Numbered from the stretch's first letter, positions 8,946 through 18,813 are shown. The stretch: 64,000 nt of DNA from Gaiellaceae bacterium (GCA_051002595.1 JBPCMD010000069.1:13544-77543); one strand, 5' to 3'. Made by a program: numbers and translations. The notes: generated from the sequence alone by a model not told the origin.

Positions 8946-9779
8946 CTAAGACCGCGGGTGCGAGCGGTCGTACACGCGCCGTAGGCGCTTCGCGTCCACG
9001 TGGCTGTAGATCTGCGTCGTCGAGAGCGAGGCGTGGCCGAGGAGCTCCTGGATCGTCCGCAGATCGGCCCCGCCCTCGAGCAGATGGGTTGCGAACGCAT
9101 GCCGCAGCCGGTGCGGGTTTCGCACGAGCCGCCGCACGGTGCTCGTGTCCAGCCGTCGGCCTCGCACCGAGAGGAACAGCGCGTCGAGCGCGCCTCGAGC
9201 GAGAGTTGGGCGGGCGTCGCGGAGGTAGCGGGCGACGTGGTGCGCCGCCTCCTCCCCCAGCGGCACGCTGCGCTCCTTGCCGCCCTTGCCGCGAATGTGA
9301 ACGGCCTCGCGCTCGAACTCGACGTCCGCGAGGTCGAGCCCCACCGCCTCGGCGCTCCGCAGCCCTCCTGAGTAGAGGAGCTCGAGAAGCGCTCGGTTTC
9401 GGAGCGCGAGAGGGGAGTCGCCGTCGACCAGCTCCAAGAGCTCGTCCACCTCGGCGGTCTTCGGCGCATCGGGGAGACGCCTCGGCCGGCGAGACGAGAA
9501 CGCCGCGTCCGGAACGCGGCTCGGGCCGAAGGTGAAGCGTAGGCAGGAGCGGACCGCGGCCACCCGGCGGCAGACGGTGGCCGGCGCGAGCTTCCGCCGG
9601 CCGCTCCCGAGGTCGGCTATCCAGTCAGAGAGGACCCGCGCGTCGACTTCCTCGAGTCCGATGCCTCGCTCGCCGAGCCAACGCGCGAAGGCATCGAGGT
9701 CCGAGCCGTATGCCCGCTGCGTCGCCTCTGACAGACCTCCATGCTCGAGGTAGCGGTCGATTGTCGCGCTCGTCTCCAT
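8946..9779 (-). CDS. Tyrosine site-specific recombinase, XerC/XerD family (copy 2)
   Basis: ORF 8946..9863. Motifs are RALLELLYSGGLRSAE, RGKGGKER and HRLRHAFATHLLEGGADLRTIQELLGHASLSTTQIYSH. The start is taken at METSATIDRYLEH (9779). ATG 9863 is an alternative. Confidence 0.85.
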   Translation of the reverse strand: METSATIDRYLEHGGLSEATQRAYGSDLDAFARWLGERGIGLEEVDARVLSDWIADLGSGRRKLAPATVCRRVAAVRSCLRFTFGPSRVPDAAFSSRRPRRLPDAPKTAEVDELLELVDGDSPLALRNRALLELLYSGGLRSAEAVGLDLADVEFEREAVHIRGKGGKERSVPLGEEAAHHVARYLRDARPTLARGALDALFLSVRGRRLDTSTVRRLVRNPHRLRHAFATHLLEGGADLRTIQELLGHASLSTTQIYSHVDAKRLRRVYDRSHPRS

Positions 9780-9876
9780 TCCACGGATTTCGCCCTCGGA
9801 GACCCTTGGCCTGCCGCATACCCCGTCCCGTTCGGCCACTTGCGACGCTCGCCCGAGTCGCATACAGTAGGCTTGT

Positions 9877-10143
9877 ATGTCAATTCAGGTACCTGTGCGC
9901 ATCCCAAGCGAGGATGCAAAGAAACTCGACGATGCGGTGGCGCGTGGCCGCTTCGCAAGTCGCAGCGCGGCGTTGCGCGAGGGTCTCGGGCTGCTTCTCC
10001 GCCAGGAGAAAGAGCGCGAGATCGTCGAGACGTATCGACGCGGATATGAGAAGCACCCGCAAGAAGAATGGGTCGGCGAGCTCGGCTTGGCGTTGTTTGC
10101 AGCGTGGGTCGAGTCGGAGGAGGCGGGAAAGGAGCCGCTCTGA
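9877..10143 (+). CDS. Ribbon-helix-helix (CopG/MazE-like) antitoxin
   Basis: 88 aa. The N-terminus VRIPSEDAKKLDDAVARGRFASRSAALREGL has an RHH pattern. It lies immediately upstream of, and overlaps, a MazF-like gene. Confidence 0.7.
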   Translation: MSIQVPVRIPSEDAKKLDDAVARGRFASRSAALREGLGLLLRQEKEREIVETYRRGYEKHPQEEWVGELGLALFAAWVESEEAGKEPL

Positions 10144-10448
10144 ACCGCGGAGACATTCATGACGTGACCATTCCGGGCGGTCGTCACCCGGCCGTCATCA
10201 TCACTCGAGACGAAGCCATTCCGTTGTTGCGGAATGTCACAATCGCGGGAATCACCAGCAACGTTCGTGGTTTGTCGACCGAGGTGCTCGTCGGTCGAGC
10301 TGAGGGTCTCGGCCACGACTGTGTGGTGAATTGCGACAACCTGTTCACCCTCCCGAAGGCAGGCCTCGGTCGGTACCGAGGTTCGCTCGATCCCATGCAG
10401 GTCGGCCGGCTCGACGACGCCCTCCGCATCGCGCTCGGCCTCGACTGA
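10140..10448 (+). CDS. MazF/PemK-family toxin (mRNA interferase)
   Basis: NRGDIHDVTIPG..RPAVIIT...ITSN......V.....GL..D..V.CDNL.TL.K......G.L......LD.ALRIALGL matches the PemK/MazF pattern. The likely start is CTG 10140, with AAAGGAG 5 nt upstream, overlapping the antitoxin stop. GTG/ATG alternatives lie upstream (10068). Confidence 0.75.
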   Translation: MNRGDIHDVTIPGGRHPAVIITRDEAIPLLRNVTIAGITSNVRGLSTEVLVGRAEGLGHDCVVNCDNLFTLPKAGLGRYRGSLDPMQVGRLDDALRIALGLD

Positions 10449-10472
10449 CCGCGCGCAGGCAGGCTTAGACCA

Positions 10473-12308
10473 ATGCCAGGCCGGCGTTACGACTCCTTCA
10501 GCAGCGGCGAACCGCCCGAGCGGCCCGCCGATCCTGCCGTCCGGAAGGCGAACTTCCGGCGCATCGTCCAGCTCTTCCGCACGTATCGCACGCGCCTGGC
10601 GGCCGTCTCAGGACTGATCGTCGTCTCGGCGAGCCTCGGCGTGATCTCTCCGTTCCTGCTCCGCGAGGTGCTCGACGTCGCGATCCCCCAGCAGCGAGTG
10701 GGCCTCCTGAGCGCGCTCGTCGCAGGCATGGTCGCGATCCCGATCGTGACCGGCGCCCTCGGCGTGTGGCAGACGCTCCTCTCCAACCGCATCGGGCAGA
10801 GCGTGATGCACGATCTCCGCACGCAGGTCTACCGACACCTGCAGCGGCTCTCGCTCGCGTTCTTCACGCGCACGCGGACCGGCGAGGTGCAGAGCCGAAT
10901 CGCCAACGACATCGGCGGCATCGAGAATGTCGTGACCTCGACTGCGACCTCCGTGCTCGCGAATGTGACCACGGTTCTCGCCACCATCGTCGCGATGGTG
11001 CTCCTCGACTGGCGGCTCGCGGCCTTCGCGCTGGCGCTCCTGCCGCTCTTCGTCTGGCTGACCAAGCGGGTCGGGGATCAGCGCAGGAAGGTCACGGCGG
11101 AGAAGCAGGCGTCGCTTGCCGACGTCTCCTCGATCGTGCAGGAGTCGCTCTCGGTCTCCGGGATCCTGCTCGGGAAGACGATGGGCCGCACCGAGGATCT
11201 CGCGCAGCGATTCGAGACGGAGTCGGGGCGACTCGCGGAACTCGAGGTGCGAAGCCGGATGACCGGCCGCTGGGTCATGGCTGCGATCCAGACCACGTTC
11301 GCCGTGATGCCGGCGCTTGTGTATTGGTTCGCAGGCCTCACGATCGCGCAGGGGAACGCCTCGATCACGATCGGGACGCTCGTCGCCTTCACTACGCTGC
11401 AGACGCGGCTCTTCTTCCCGATCGGAAGCCTGCTCGGAGTGCAGCTCGAGGTGCAGAGCTCGCTCGCGCTCTTCGATCGCATCTTCGAGTACCTCGACCA
11501 GCGCGTCGACATCGTCGAGGGCTCACAAGCGCTCTTGGCGCCGCGTGGCGAGGTCGTCCTCGATGCCGTCTGGTTCCGCTACGACGACGCTGCCTGGACG
11601 CTTCAGGACGTCTCCTTCGCGGTTCCGCCGGGTACGAAGACCGCGCTCGTCGGCGAGACCGGCTCCGGGAAGACGACCTGCGCGTATCTCGTCGCTCGGC
11701 TCTATGACGCGACCGAGGGCACAGTGTCGATCGACGGCGCCGACGTTCGCGACCTCAGCTTCGAGTCGCTCGCAGCCGCTGTGGGCGTCGTCTCACAGGA
11801 GACGTATCTCTTCCATGCCACCGTGCGGGAGAATCTGCGCTTCGCCCGGCCGGAAGCGAGTGACGCGGAAATCGAAGAGGCTGCGCGCGCGGCCCAGATC
11901 CACGAGCAGATCGCAACGCTGACGGACGGGTACGACACGATGGTGGGTGAGCGGGGATATCGATTCTCCGGAGGGGAGAAGCAGCGAATCGCGATCGCGC
12001 GCACGATCCTGCGAAACCCGCCCGTCCTCGTCCTCGACGAGGCGACGTCCTCGCTCGACACGCAGACCGAGTGGCTCGTGCAGGAGGCGCTCGAGCGCCT
12101 CTCGGAGGGCCGGACGACGATTGCCATCGCGCATAGGCTCTCGACCGTGCGTGACGCCGACCAGATCGTCGTGCTCGATCGCGGCCGTGTGGTCGAGATC
12201 GGGACATACGACGAGCTGATCGGGCGTGGCGGCCGCTTCGCCGAGCTCGCTTCTCGGGAAGATGGCATGCCCTCGGTGACGGCTCTCGCCACCGCGGACG
12301 AGGCGTAA
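10473..12308 (+). CDS. ABC exporter, fused permease/ATPase (MsbA/MdlB-like)
   Basis: Six-TM N-terminal half. Walker A GETGSGKTT, signature FSGGEKQRIAIAR, Walker B VLVLDEATS. Confidence 0.85.
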   Translation: MPGRRYDSFSSGEPPERPADPAVRKANFRRIVQLFRTYRTRLAAVSGLIVVSASLGVISPFLLREVLDVAIPQQRVGLLSALVAGMVAIPIVTGALGVWQTLLSNRIGQSVMHDLRTQVYRHLQRLSLAFFTRTRTGEVQSRIANDIGGIENVVTSTATSVLANVTTVLATIVAMVLLDWRLAAFALALLPLFVWLTKRVGDQRRKVTAEKQASLADVSSIVQESLSVSGILLGKTMGRTEDLAQRFETESGRLAELEVRSRMTGRWVMAAIQTTFAVMPALVYWFAGLTIAQGNASITIGTLVAFTTLQTRLFFPIGSLLGVQLEVQSSLALFDRIFEYLDQRVDIVEGSQALLAPRGEVVLDAVWFRYDDAAWTLQDVSFAVPPGTKTALVGETGSGKTTCAYLVARLYDATEGTVSIDGADVRDLSFESLAAAVGVVSQETYLFHATVRENLRFARPEASDAEIEEAARAAQIHEQIATLTDGYDTMVGERGYRFSGGEKQRIAIARTILRNPPVLVLDEATSSLDTQTEWLVQEALERLSEGRTTIAIAHRLSTVRDADQIVVLDRGRVVEIGTYDELIGRGGRFAELASREDGMPSVTALATADEA

Positions 12309-12324
12309 AACACAGAATCTGCCC

Positions 12325-12972
12325 GTGCGTAGCTTCCAGCTCGCCCACGGCGCCGAAGCGCGTGTCCGCAATCCCGATGCGCCGCTGGCCGCAGTGCTCG
12401 TGAACGGCGGCACGGCGAGACGCCTCGCCGGAACCTGGAGCGCGACCAGCGAGTGGCTCGCCGAGCGCCTGGCCGAGCGCTTCCCCGCGGTCGCGTTCTT
12501 CGAGGTGCGCTACCGGACGAAGAGCTGGAACGAGCTCCCCTCCTGTGTCATGGATGCGGGGGACGCCCTCGATGCAGCCGGCCGGCCGTCCATCCTCGTC
12601 GGCTTCTCGATGGGAGGCGCTGTCGCGATCGGCGCCGCGGGCCACGAGCGGGTCGCTGCCGTGCTCGGGCTCGCACCATGGATTCCGCTGCAGCTGGATC
12701 TCGAGCCGCTGCGAGGCAAGCGCTTCGACGTCGTGCACGGCGCCTGGGACCGCTGGCTTCCGCTGGTTCCCGGAGTCAGCGCGAAGCATTCCCGTAGCGG
12801 GTTCGAGCGAGCACTGGCGGCAGGCGCGCAGGGCGACTACACGCTTATTCCACGCGGCCTCCACGGCGTCGCGCTGCGAACGGGCGGCGGCTCGCTCATC
12901 ACGCTGCCACGCGCCCGAGCCTGGCTCGACCCTGTCTCCGATGTCATCGAACGCTTTCAGGCCATACGATGA
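12325..12972 (+). CDS. Alpha/beta-fold hydrolase
   Basis: Nucleophile elbow GFSMGGAVAIG. 215 aa, GTG start. Confidence 0.6.
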   Translation: MRSFQLAHGAEARVRNPDAPLAAVLVNGGTARRLAGTWSATSEWLAERLAERFPAVAFFEVRYRTKSWNELPSCVMDAGDALDAAGRPSILVGFSMGGAVAIGAAGHERVAAVLGLAPWIPLQLDLEPLRGKRFDVVHGAWDRWLPLVPGVSAKHSRSGFERALAAGAQGDYTLIPRGLHGVALRTGGGSLITLPRARAWLDPVSDVIERFQAIR

Positions 12973-13005
12973 GGCCGCTCCCACGATGACGACCAACGAC
13001 CTCCG

Positions 13006-14595
13006 ATGATCGCGACGGCTCCGGACCGCGGCTCGCTCGCCGAGCACGGGATCGACGTCCGCGGTCGGATCCACTGGCATCCGACCACGTCCCAGCTGTA
13101 CGCGCACGCCCTCGAGCGCGGCGACGCCACGCTTGCCGAGGGCGGGTCACTCGTGGTCGACACGGGCGTCCACACCGGCCGGTCGCCGAAGGACAAGTTC
13201 ATCGTCCGCGAGCCGGGCTCCGAGGAGCGGATCTGGTGGGGTGACGTGAACGCAGAGATCTCGGAGGAGTCGTTCGAGCGACTGCGCGAGAAGGTGAGAG
13301 CGGAGCTCGGCAAGGGTGACGTCTACGTCGTCGACGCGTTCGCGGGCGCGGATCCTGGTCATCGCATTGCGGTGCGCGTGCTCACGGGCAGCCCCTGGCA
13401 CGCGCTGTTTGCCAAGACGCTCTTCATCGATCCCTCGCCCGACGAGCTCGAGGAGATGTCGATCGACGCTCTCGTTCTGCACGCGCCCTCGGTCTCGGCC
13501 GAGCCCGATGAGGATGGGACGAGAAGCGGCACGTTCGTCGTCCTCCACCCGTCCCGTGGCGAGGTCTTGATCGGGGGCACGTATTACGCGGGCGAGATCA
13601 AGAAGTCCATCTTCACGCTCCTGAATGACCGGCTGCCGCTCGAGGGCGTCTTTCCGATGCACTGTTCGGCGAACCGCGGACAAGACGGCTCGGTGGCGAT
13701 CTTCTTCGGTCTCTCGGGCACCGGCAAGACGACGCTCTCGGCCGACCCCGAGCGCCAGCTGATCGGTGACGACGAGCACGGCTGGGCCGACGATGGCGTC
13801 TTCAACTTCGAGGGGGGCTGCTACGCGAAGGTGATCCGGCTCTCGGCCGAGGCCGAGCCCGAGATCTACGGGACGACCCGCGCGTTCGGCACTGTCCTCG
13901 AGAACGTCGTCGTGGACGACCAGGGGGTTCTCGACTTGGACGCCGACGCGAAGACCGAGAACACCCGCGCTGCCTACAAGCTCGAGCAGATCGCGAACGC
14001 GTTGCCGGCGAAGCGCGCCGGGCATCCGAGCTCCGTCTTCTTCCTGACCGCCGACGCCTACGGGATCCTGCCTCCGATCGCGCGCCTGTCGCGCGACCAG
14101 GCGCTGTACTGGTTCCTCTCGGGCTTCACGGCGAAGCTCGCCGGCACCGAGATCGGGGTTAAGGAGCCGCAACCCACGTTCTCCGCCTGTTTCGGGGCGC
14201 CCTTCCTCCCGCAGGCGCCGTCGGTGTACGCGCATCTGCTTGGCGAGCGGCTCGACCGTCACGGCGCGACGGTCTGGCTCGTCTCGACCGGCTGGACGGG
14301 AGGCCCGTACGGTAAGGGCCACCGGATGCCGATCGCCGCGACCCGCGCGCTCTTGCACGCGGCGCTTTCCGGCGAGCTGGCCGGGGTCGAGTACCGGAAG
14401 GATCCCGTCTTCGGCTTCGACGTTCCCGTCGCGGCGCCAGGCGTGCAGTCGAGCCTGCTCAATCCGCGTCTGACCTGGGCCGATCCGACTGCATACGACG
14501 AAAGGGCGCGTCACCTCGCGGACATGTTCCGAGAGAACTTCAAGCGCTTCGAGGACGTCTCTCCCGGCGTCACGGCCTCCGGCCCGACGCTCTGA
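13006..14595 (+). CDS. pckA: Phosphoenolpyruvate carboxykinase (ATP)
   Basis: TGRSPKDKF, GLSGTGKTTLSADP, GDDEHGW and EGGCYAK motifs. 529 aa. Confidence 0.9.
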   Translation: MIATAPDRGSLAEHGIDVRGRIHWHPTTSQLYAHALERGDATLAEGGSLVVDTGVHTGRSPKDKFIVREPGSEERIWWGDVNAEISEESFERLREKVRAELGKGDVYVVDAFAGADPGHRIAVRVLTGSPWHALFAKTLFIDPSPDELEEMSIDALVLHAPSVSAEPDEDGTRSGTFVVLHPSRGEVLIGGTYYAGEIKKSIFTLLNDRLPLEGVFPMHCSANRGQDGSVAIFFGLSGTGKTTLSADPERQLIGDDEHGWADDGVFNFEGGCYAKVIRLSAEAEPEIYGTTRAFGTVLENVVVDDQGVLDLDADAKTENTRAAYKLEQIANALPAKRAGHPSSVFFLTADAYGILPPIARLSRDQALYWFLSGFTAKLAGTEIGVKEPQPTFSACFGAPFLPQAPSVYAHLLGERLDRHGATVWLVSTGWTGGPYGKGHRMPIAATRALLHAALSGELAGVEYRKDPVFGFDVPVAAPGVQSSLLNPRLTWADPTAYDERARHLADMFRENFKRFEDVSPGVTASGPTL

Positions 14596-14648
14596 GCTCG
14601 ACGCGGATTCTTATCTCTTCTTCACGAAGCTCGGGCTATAACGGACGG

Positions 14649-15710
14649 GTGGCGTCCCGCGTGCTTGCCGCCGTATTCGCGGGATTGCTGCTTGTCGTGC
14701 TTGCCGCGGGTGCAGCGCTCGATACGCCTCGCGCCTCGAGCTTCGCCTCGACGCCGACGCTCTCGCGGTCGTTCGAGGGACCGACCAGCCGAGCGCGAGT
14801 CAATCGCGCCGCGCGAAGCGCGCTCACCTGGCGTGGCGGCCCGATCACCGCGTCGACGGGCGAGGTGGTACGGGTCTTCGTCTCGAACGCGCTCCCCGCC
14901 GAGACGCCGGAGAAGTGGGCCGAGTTTCTCGCGAGGGTCACGCATGGACCGGAGCTGGCGCTTCTCACGTCCAACATCGCGTCGCTCGAGGAGGTGCAGG
15001 ACTTGTGCGGCGCTCGCGCGCTCGGCTGCTACTCCGGCAACGAGATGGTGTCGCTCGGAGAGCCGGCGCCCGACGGCACCACGCCCGAGGAGGTCGTGCG
15101 CCATGAGTATGGCCACCATGTCGCTTGGAACCGGGTGAACACCCCCTGGCGGGCGGTCGACTGGGGCCCGAAGCACTGGGCGAGCACCGCCACCGTGTGT
15201 CCGCGCGTCACGCGACGGGAGGCGTTTCCGGGGAACGAGGGCTCGAACTACGCCCAGAACCCGGGCGAGGCCTGGGCGGAGGTCTACCGGCTGATGGACG
15301 AGCGGAAAGCCGGGATCACGACTGCGACCTGGCCGATAATCGCTCCCAGCTTCTTCCCCGACGAGGCTGGTCTTCTGGCGGCCGAGCGCGACGTCCTGCA
15401 GCCGTGGTTGGCAAATCAGAAGTCGGTTTTCCGCCGCACCTTCGCGAAGGGCGGGAAGAAGGTGTGGTGGATCCCGCTGGCGACACCGCTGGACGGCGAA
15501 CTCGTGCTCAGCGCGACGCTTCCCCGCGCGGCCCTACACGAGGTCGCGCTCGTCGCGGCCAACCGAAGCACCGTCCTGCGGCGTGGTCAGTTCGTTTCAC
15601 AGCGAGTGAAGCGGTTGACGACCGGGATCTGCGGACAGCGCTCGCTGTTCGCGCGCGTCACACCGAGTGGCGCTGCCGGCCAGGTGACCGTGACCGTGTC
15701 ACGACCCTGA
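14649..15710 (+). CDS. Secreted hypothetical protein with HExxH motif (putative zinc metallopeptidase)
   Basis: Signal peptide MASRVLAAVFAGLLLVVLAAGAAL. VVRHEYGHHVAWN. No family recognised. Confidence 0.5.
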   Translation: MASRVLAAVFAGLLLVVLAAGAALDTPRASSFASTPTLSRSFEGPTSRARVNRAARSALTWRGGPITASTGEVVRVFVSNALPAETPEKWAEFLARVTHGPELALLTSNIASLEEVQDLCGARALGCYSGNEMVSLGEPAPDGTTPEEVVRHEYGHHVAWNRVNTPWRAVDWGPKHWASTATVCPRVTRREAFPGNEGSNYAQNPGEAWAEVYRLMDERKAGITTATWPIIAPSFFPDEAGLLAAERDVLQPWLANQKSVFRRTFAKGGKKVWWIPLATPLDGELVLSATLPRAALHEVALVAANRSTVLRRGQFVSQRVKRLTTGICGQRSLFARVTPSGAAGQVTVTVSRP

Positions 15711-17087
15711 GTGCGGTCGCCCGTGCGCTCACCGCTCGTCTCGGCCGCGATCCTGGCGGCTCTCGTCTCCGTCTCCGGTGGCTCGGTGGGCCCGGGCAGC
15801 GGCCCCGGCCTTGTCACTCGCGACGTGAGACTCGAGCAGGTGACGAATGAAGGAGCTGTCGAAGCTCTTCCCGCGCCACGTCTGCCCGCTCGGACCGCCG
15901 CGACCTGGTGCGGAACCCCCACGCAGGTCGACCGGCGGCCCAACACGATCTCGGGCTCACCCGTGCACTGGATCTACGTGCTCCCGTCGGATGCGCCCGA
16001 CCGGTTCTCCACCTTCGCGAGCAGGATGCAGACGGACGCGGAGGCGATCGATGCCTGGTGGCGACGAGAGGATCCGGTGCGGACGCCCCGCAACGACCTG
16101 ACGCAACTCTCGTGCGGCGCCCAGCTCGACCTCACGGTCTTGCGTTTGCCGCAGACCAGCGCGCAGCTGACCCCTGAGGACAGCCGCTTCGTCACGCTCT
16201 TCAACGCGCTCCCCGGCTTGGGTTTCGGGTCGACGTTCACCAAGCATCTCGTCTACTTCGACGGGCCGGTGGCTCAGGCCGACCTGTGCGGCCAGGGCGC
16301 CAGCCTCGCGTCCGGCTTCGGGGTGGCCGCGATCTACGTTCAGGCGTGCTCGGGCGCCCCGTCGTCGGTGATCGCCGCGCACGAGCTCCTGCACACGCTC
16401 GGGGCGGTGCCGCGTGGCGCTCCACACAGATGCCCGGAGGCGCAGGGCGGCCACACGTGCGACTCGGCGAGCGATCTCATGCACCCGTTCCTCGACGCCG
16501 CGCCACTCGACGCGAAGCTGCTCGATCCCGGAAGAGACGACTACTACGGTCATGCGGCTGCGTTCACCGACTCCCAGGACGCGGCCTGGCTCGTCCAGCT
16601 CGACCGCCAGCAGCCGTTCACGGTGACCATCTCCGGCCCCGGCGGGGTGACGGCGGACGTGCCCGGACTCGATTGCGCGCAGAGCTGCACGACAACATGG
16701 AACACGTCGACGCGGCTCGGCCTGACCGCGGTTCCGCGCCCAGGCGCGAAGCTCGTCCGCTGGAACGGCGTGTGTACGGGCGCCTCGACCTGCGTCGTCA
16801 CGGTCGCTCCGGGCGCGGCGGTCTCGGCGCTCTTCGCGCCGGCGGTGTATCGCCTTTCTGTGGCCGTCTCGGGCCGGGGGGCGGTGCGGAGCTCGCGCGC
16901 CGGAATTACCTGCCGTCCGCGCTGCTCGGCGGCGTTCCCGTCGTTCGTCCCGGTCGGGCTCACAGCGACGCCGGCGAAGGGCTGGCGCTTCCGCTCCTGG
17001 TCGGGCGCGTGCCGCGGAACGCGGCCGACTTGCACGGTCCCGATGACCGCGGCGGCGAGCGCTAAGGCAATCTTCTCGCGCGCGTAG
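15711..17087 (+). CDS. Secreted HExxH protein with two C-terminal InlB-B-repeat-like domains
   Basis: Signal peptide SPLVSAAILAALVSVSGG. IAAHELLHTLGAV...GGHTCDSASDLMHPF. Two C-terminal ~75-aa repeats follow the pattern V..SG.G.V......C...C.........L.A.P..G..F..W.G.C.G...C.V. The GTG start abuts the previous stop. Confidence 0.55.
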   Translation: MRSPVRSPLVSAAILAALVSVSGGSVGPGSGPGLVTRDVRLEQVTNEGAVEALPAPRLPARTAATWCGTPTQVDRRPNTISGSPVHWIYVLPSDAPDRFSTFASRMQTDAEAIDAWWRREDPVRTPRNDLTQLSCGAQLDLTVLRLPQTSAQLTPEDSRFVTLFNALPGLGFGSTFTKHLVYFDGPVAQADLCGQGASLASGFGVAAIYVQACSGAPSSVIAAHELLHTLGAVPRGAPHRCPEAQGGHTCDSASDLMHPFLDAAPLDAKLLDPGRDDYYGHAAAFTDSQDAAWLVQLDRQQPFTVTISGPGGVTADVPGLDCAQSCTTTWNTSTRLGLTAVPRPGAKLVRWNGVCTGASTCVVTVAPGAAVSALFAPAVYRLSVAVSGRGAVRSSRAGITCRPRCSAAFPSFVPVGLTATPAKGWRFRSWSGACRGTRPTCTVPMTAAASAKAIFSRA

Positions 17088-17130
17088 TTCCAGGCGTGAG
17101 CCCCGACGGCGATCAGGTAGCGTCATTCGC

Positions 17131-18813
17131 GTGGAAGCCAGACACGACGTGCTCGTCGTCGGCGCCGGCTGCGCGGGTATGCGGGCGGCGATCGAGGCCT
17201 TCGACGCGGGCGCCGACGTCGCCATGATCTCCAAGATCCATCCCGTTCGGAGCCATTCCGGCGCGGCCGAGGGCGGGATCAACGCCGCGCTCGGAAACGC
17301 CTCCGAGGACGACCCCGGGAAGCACGCGTTCGACACCGTCAAGGGCTCCGACTACCTCGGCGACCAGGACGCGATCGAGATCCTCTGCCAGGAGGCGCCG
17401 GACGACGTCTACCAGCTCGAGCAATGGGGAGCGGTCTTCTCGCGCACGGCCGACGGGCGGATCGCGCAGCGTCCCTTCGGCGCGGCGGGGGAGCCGCGCA
17501 CCGCCTACGCAGCCGACATCACCGGCCACGTACTCATCCATGTCCTCTACGAGCAAGTGATGAAGCGCGACATCAAGACCTACGAGGAGTTTTTCGCGTG
17601 GAAGCTCGTCATCGACGAGGATCGCTGCCAAGGGGTCATCTCCTGGGATCTGCTTGACGGCGGTATCAAGTCGATCGGCGCGAAGACCGTGATTCTCGCC
17701 ACTGGTGGCGCGGGCCGCCTCTACACGGGCACGACGAACGCCTACGCGTGCACCGGCGACGGGATGACGATGGCGCTCCGGGCCGGAGTCGCGCTCAAGG
17801 ACATGGAGATGATGCAGTTCCATCCCACGACGCTCGCGCCGACCGGAGTGCTGATCACGGAAGGGTGCCGCGGTGAGGGCGCGTATCTCCTGAACGCCCA
17901 GAGCGAGCGCTTTCTGATCCGCTACGCGCCGAACGCGATGGAGCTCGCCTCGCGCGACGTCATCTCCCGCGCCGAGCAGACGGAGATCGACGAGGGTCGC
18001 GGGATCGACGGCAACGTCATGCTGGACCTTCGTCACCTCGGCGCGGAGAGGATCCTCGACCGGCTGCACGGCACACGCGAGCTCTCGATGACCTTCGCGG
18101 GCGTGGATCCGATCTTCGAGCCTATCCCGGTTCGTCCGGGCGCCCACTACCACATGGGCGGCGTCGACACCGACGTCTGGGGCCGGACGAGCCTCGAAGG
18201 ACTCTATGCGGCCGGCGAGGTCGCGTGTGTCTCCGTGCACGGCGCGAACCGCCTCGGCGGAAACGCACTCATGGAGACGATCACTTACGGCAAGCGCGCA
18301 GGCGCCCACGCCGCGGACTGGGCGCTCTCGAACACCACAATCACGGTTTCGCCCTCGGTCGAGCAGGACGCCGAGCGCGAGCTCAAGACGCTGCTCGACC
18401 GCTCGGAAGGCGAGCGCCCATGGCAGATCCGCGACGAGCTCGCGGAGACGATGCACGAGAACTTCGGCGTCTTCCGGCGTGAGGAGCAGATGCTCGGGCA
18501 GGGTGAGCTCGTGCAGCGACTGCGCGAGCGCTACGAGCGGGTCATCGTCGACGACAAGGGGAACGTCTTCAACACCGATCTCACGCAGGCGCTCGAGCTC
18601 GGGTTCCTGCTCGAGCTCGCCGAGTGCATGATCGTCTCCGGGCTCGCGCGGAAGGAGAGCCGCGGCGCCCACGCCCGCCCCTACGATTACCCGGACCGGG
18701 ACGACGAGAGCTACCTGAGGCACACGCTCGTCACCTGGGAGGACGACGCCCCCAAGCTCGACTGGAAGCCGGTGACGATGACCAAGTGGGAGCCAGAGGA
18801 GAGGAAATATTAG
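17131..18813 (+). CDS. sdhA: Succinate dehydrogenase/fumarate reductase flavoprotein subunit
   Basis: VVGAGCAGMRAA, RSHSGAAEGGINAA (His for covalent FAD), HPTT and HYHMGG motifs. Confidence 0.9.
   Translation: MEARHDVLVVGAGCAGMRAAIEAFDAGADVAMISKIHPVRSHSGAAEGGINAALGNASEDDPGKHAFDTVKGSDYLGDQDAIEILCQEAPDDVYQLEQWGAVFSRTADGRIAQRPFGAAGEPRTAYAADITGHVLIHVLYEQVMKRDIKTYEEFFAWKLVIDEDRCQGVISWDLLDGGIKSIGAKTVILATGGAGRLYTGTTNAYACTGDGMTMALRAGVALKDMEMMQFHPTTLAPTGVLITEGCRGEGAYLLNAQSERFLIRYAPNAMELASRDVISRAEQTEIDEGRGIDGNVMLDLRHLGAERILDRLHGTRELSMTFAGVDPIFEPIPVRPGAHYHMGGVDTDVWGRTSLEGLYAAGEVACVSVHGANRLGGNALMETITYGKRAGAHAADWALSNTTITVSPSVEQDAERELKTLLDRSEGERPWQIRDELAETMHENFGVFRREEQMLGQGELVQRLRERYERVIVDDKGNVFNTDLTQALELGFLLELAECMIVSGLARKESRGAHARPYDYPDRDDESYLRHTLVTWEDDAPKLDWKPVTMTKWEPEERKY

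Noticed and set aside
7055-9863. The two tyrosine recombinases as prophage integrases
   Set aside because: Both show XerC/D-type length and motifs. No phage structural, replication or excisionase genes and no adjacent tRNA are present. The idea is kept only as a low-interest finding about a possible element remnant.
13147-14514. 455-aa minus-strand ORF opposite pckA. Similar long antisense ORFs occur at 17113-18723 (opposite sdhA), 18731-20107 (opposite sdhB), 53773-54735 (opposite wzy), 55922-56926 and 62840-63994.
   Set aside because: Their composition is Arg/Asp/Glu/Gly-rich and low in complexity, with no motifs. Each is the mirror of a gene with strong family signatures. These are typical shadow ORFs in GC-rich DNA.
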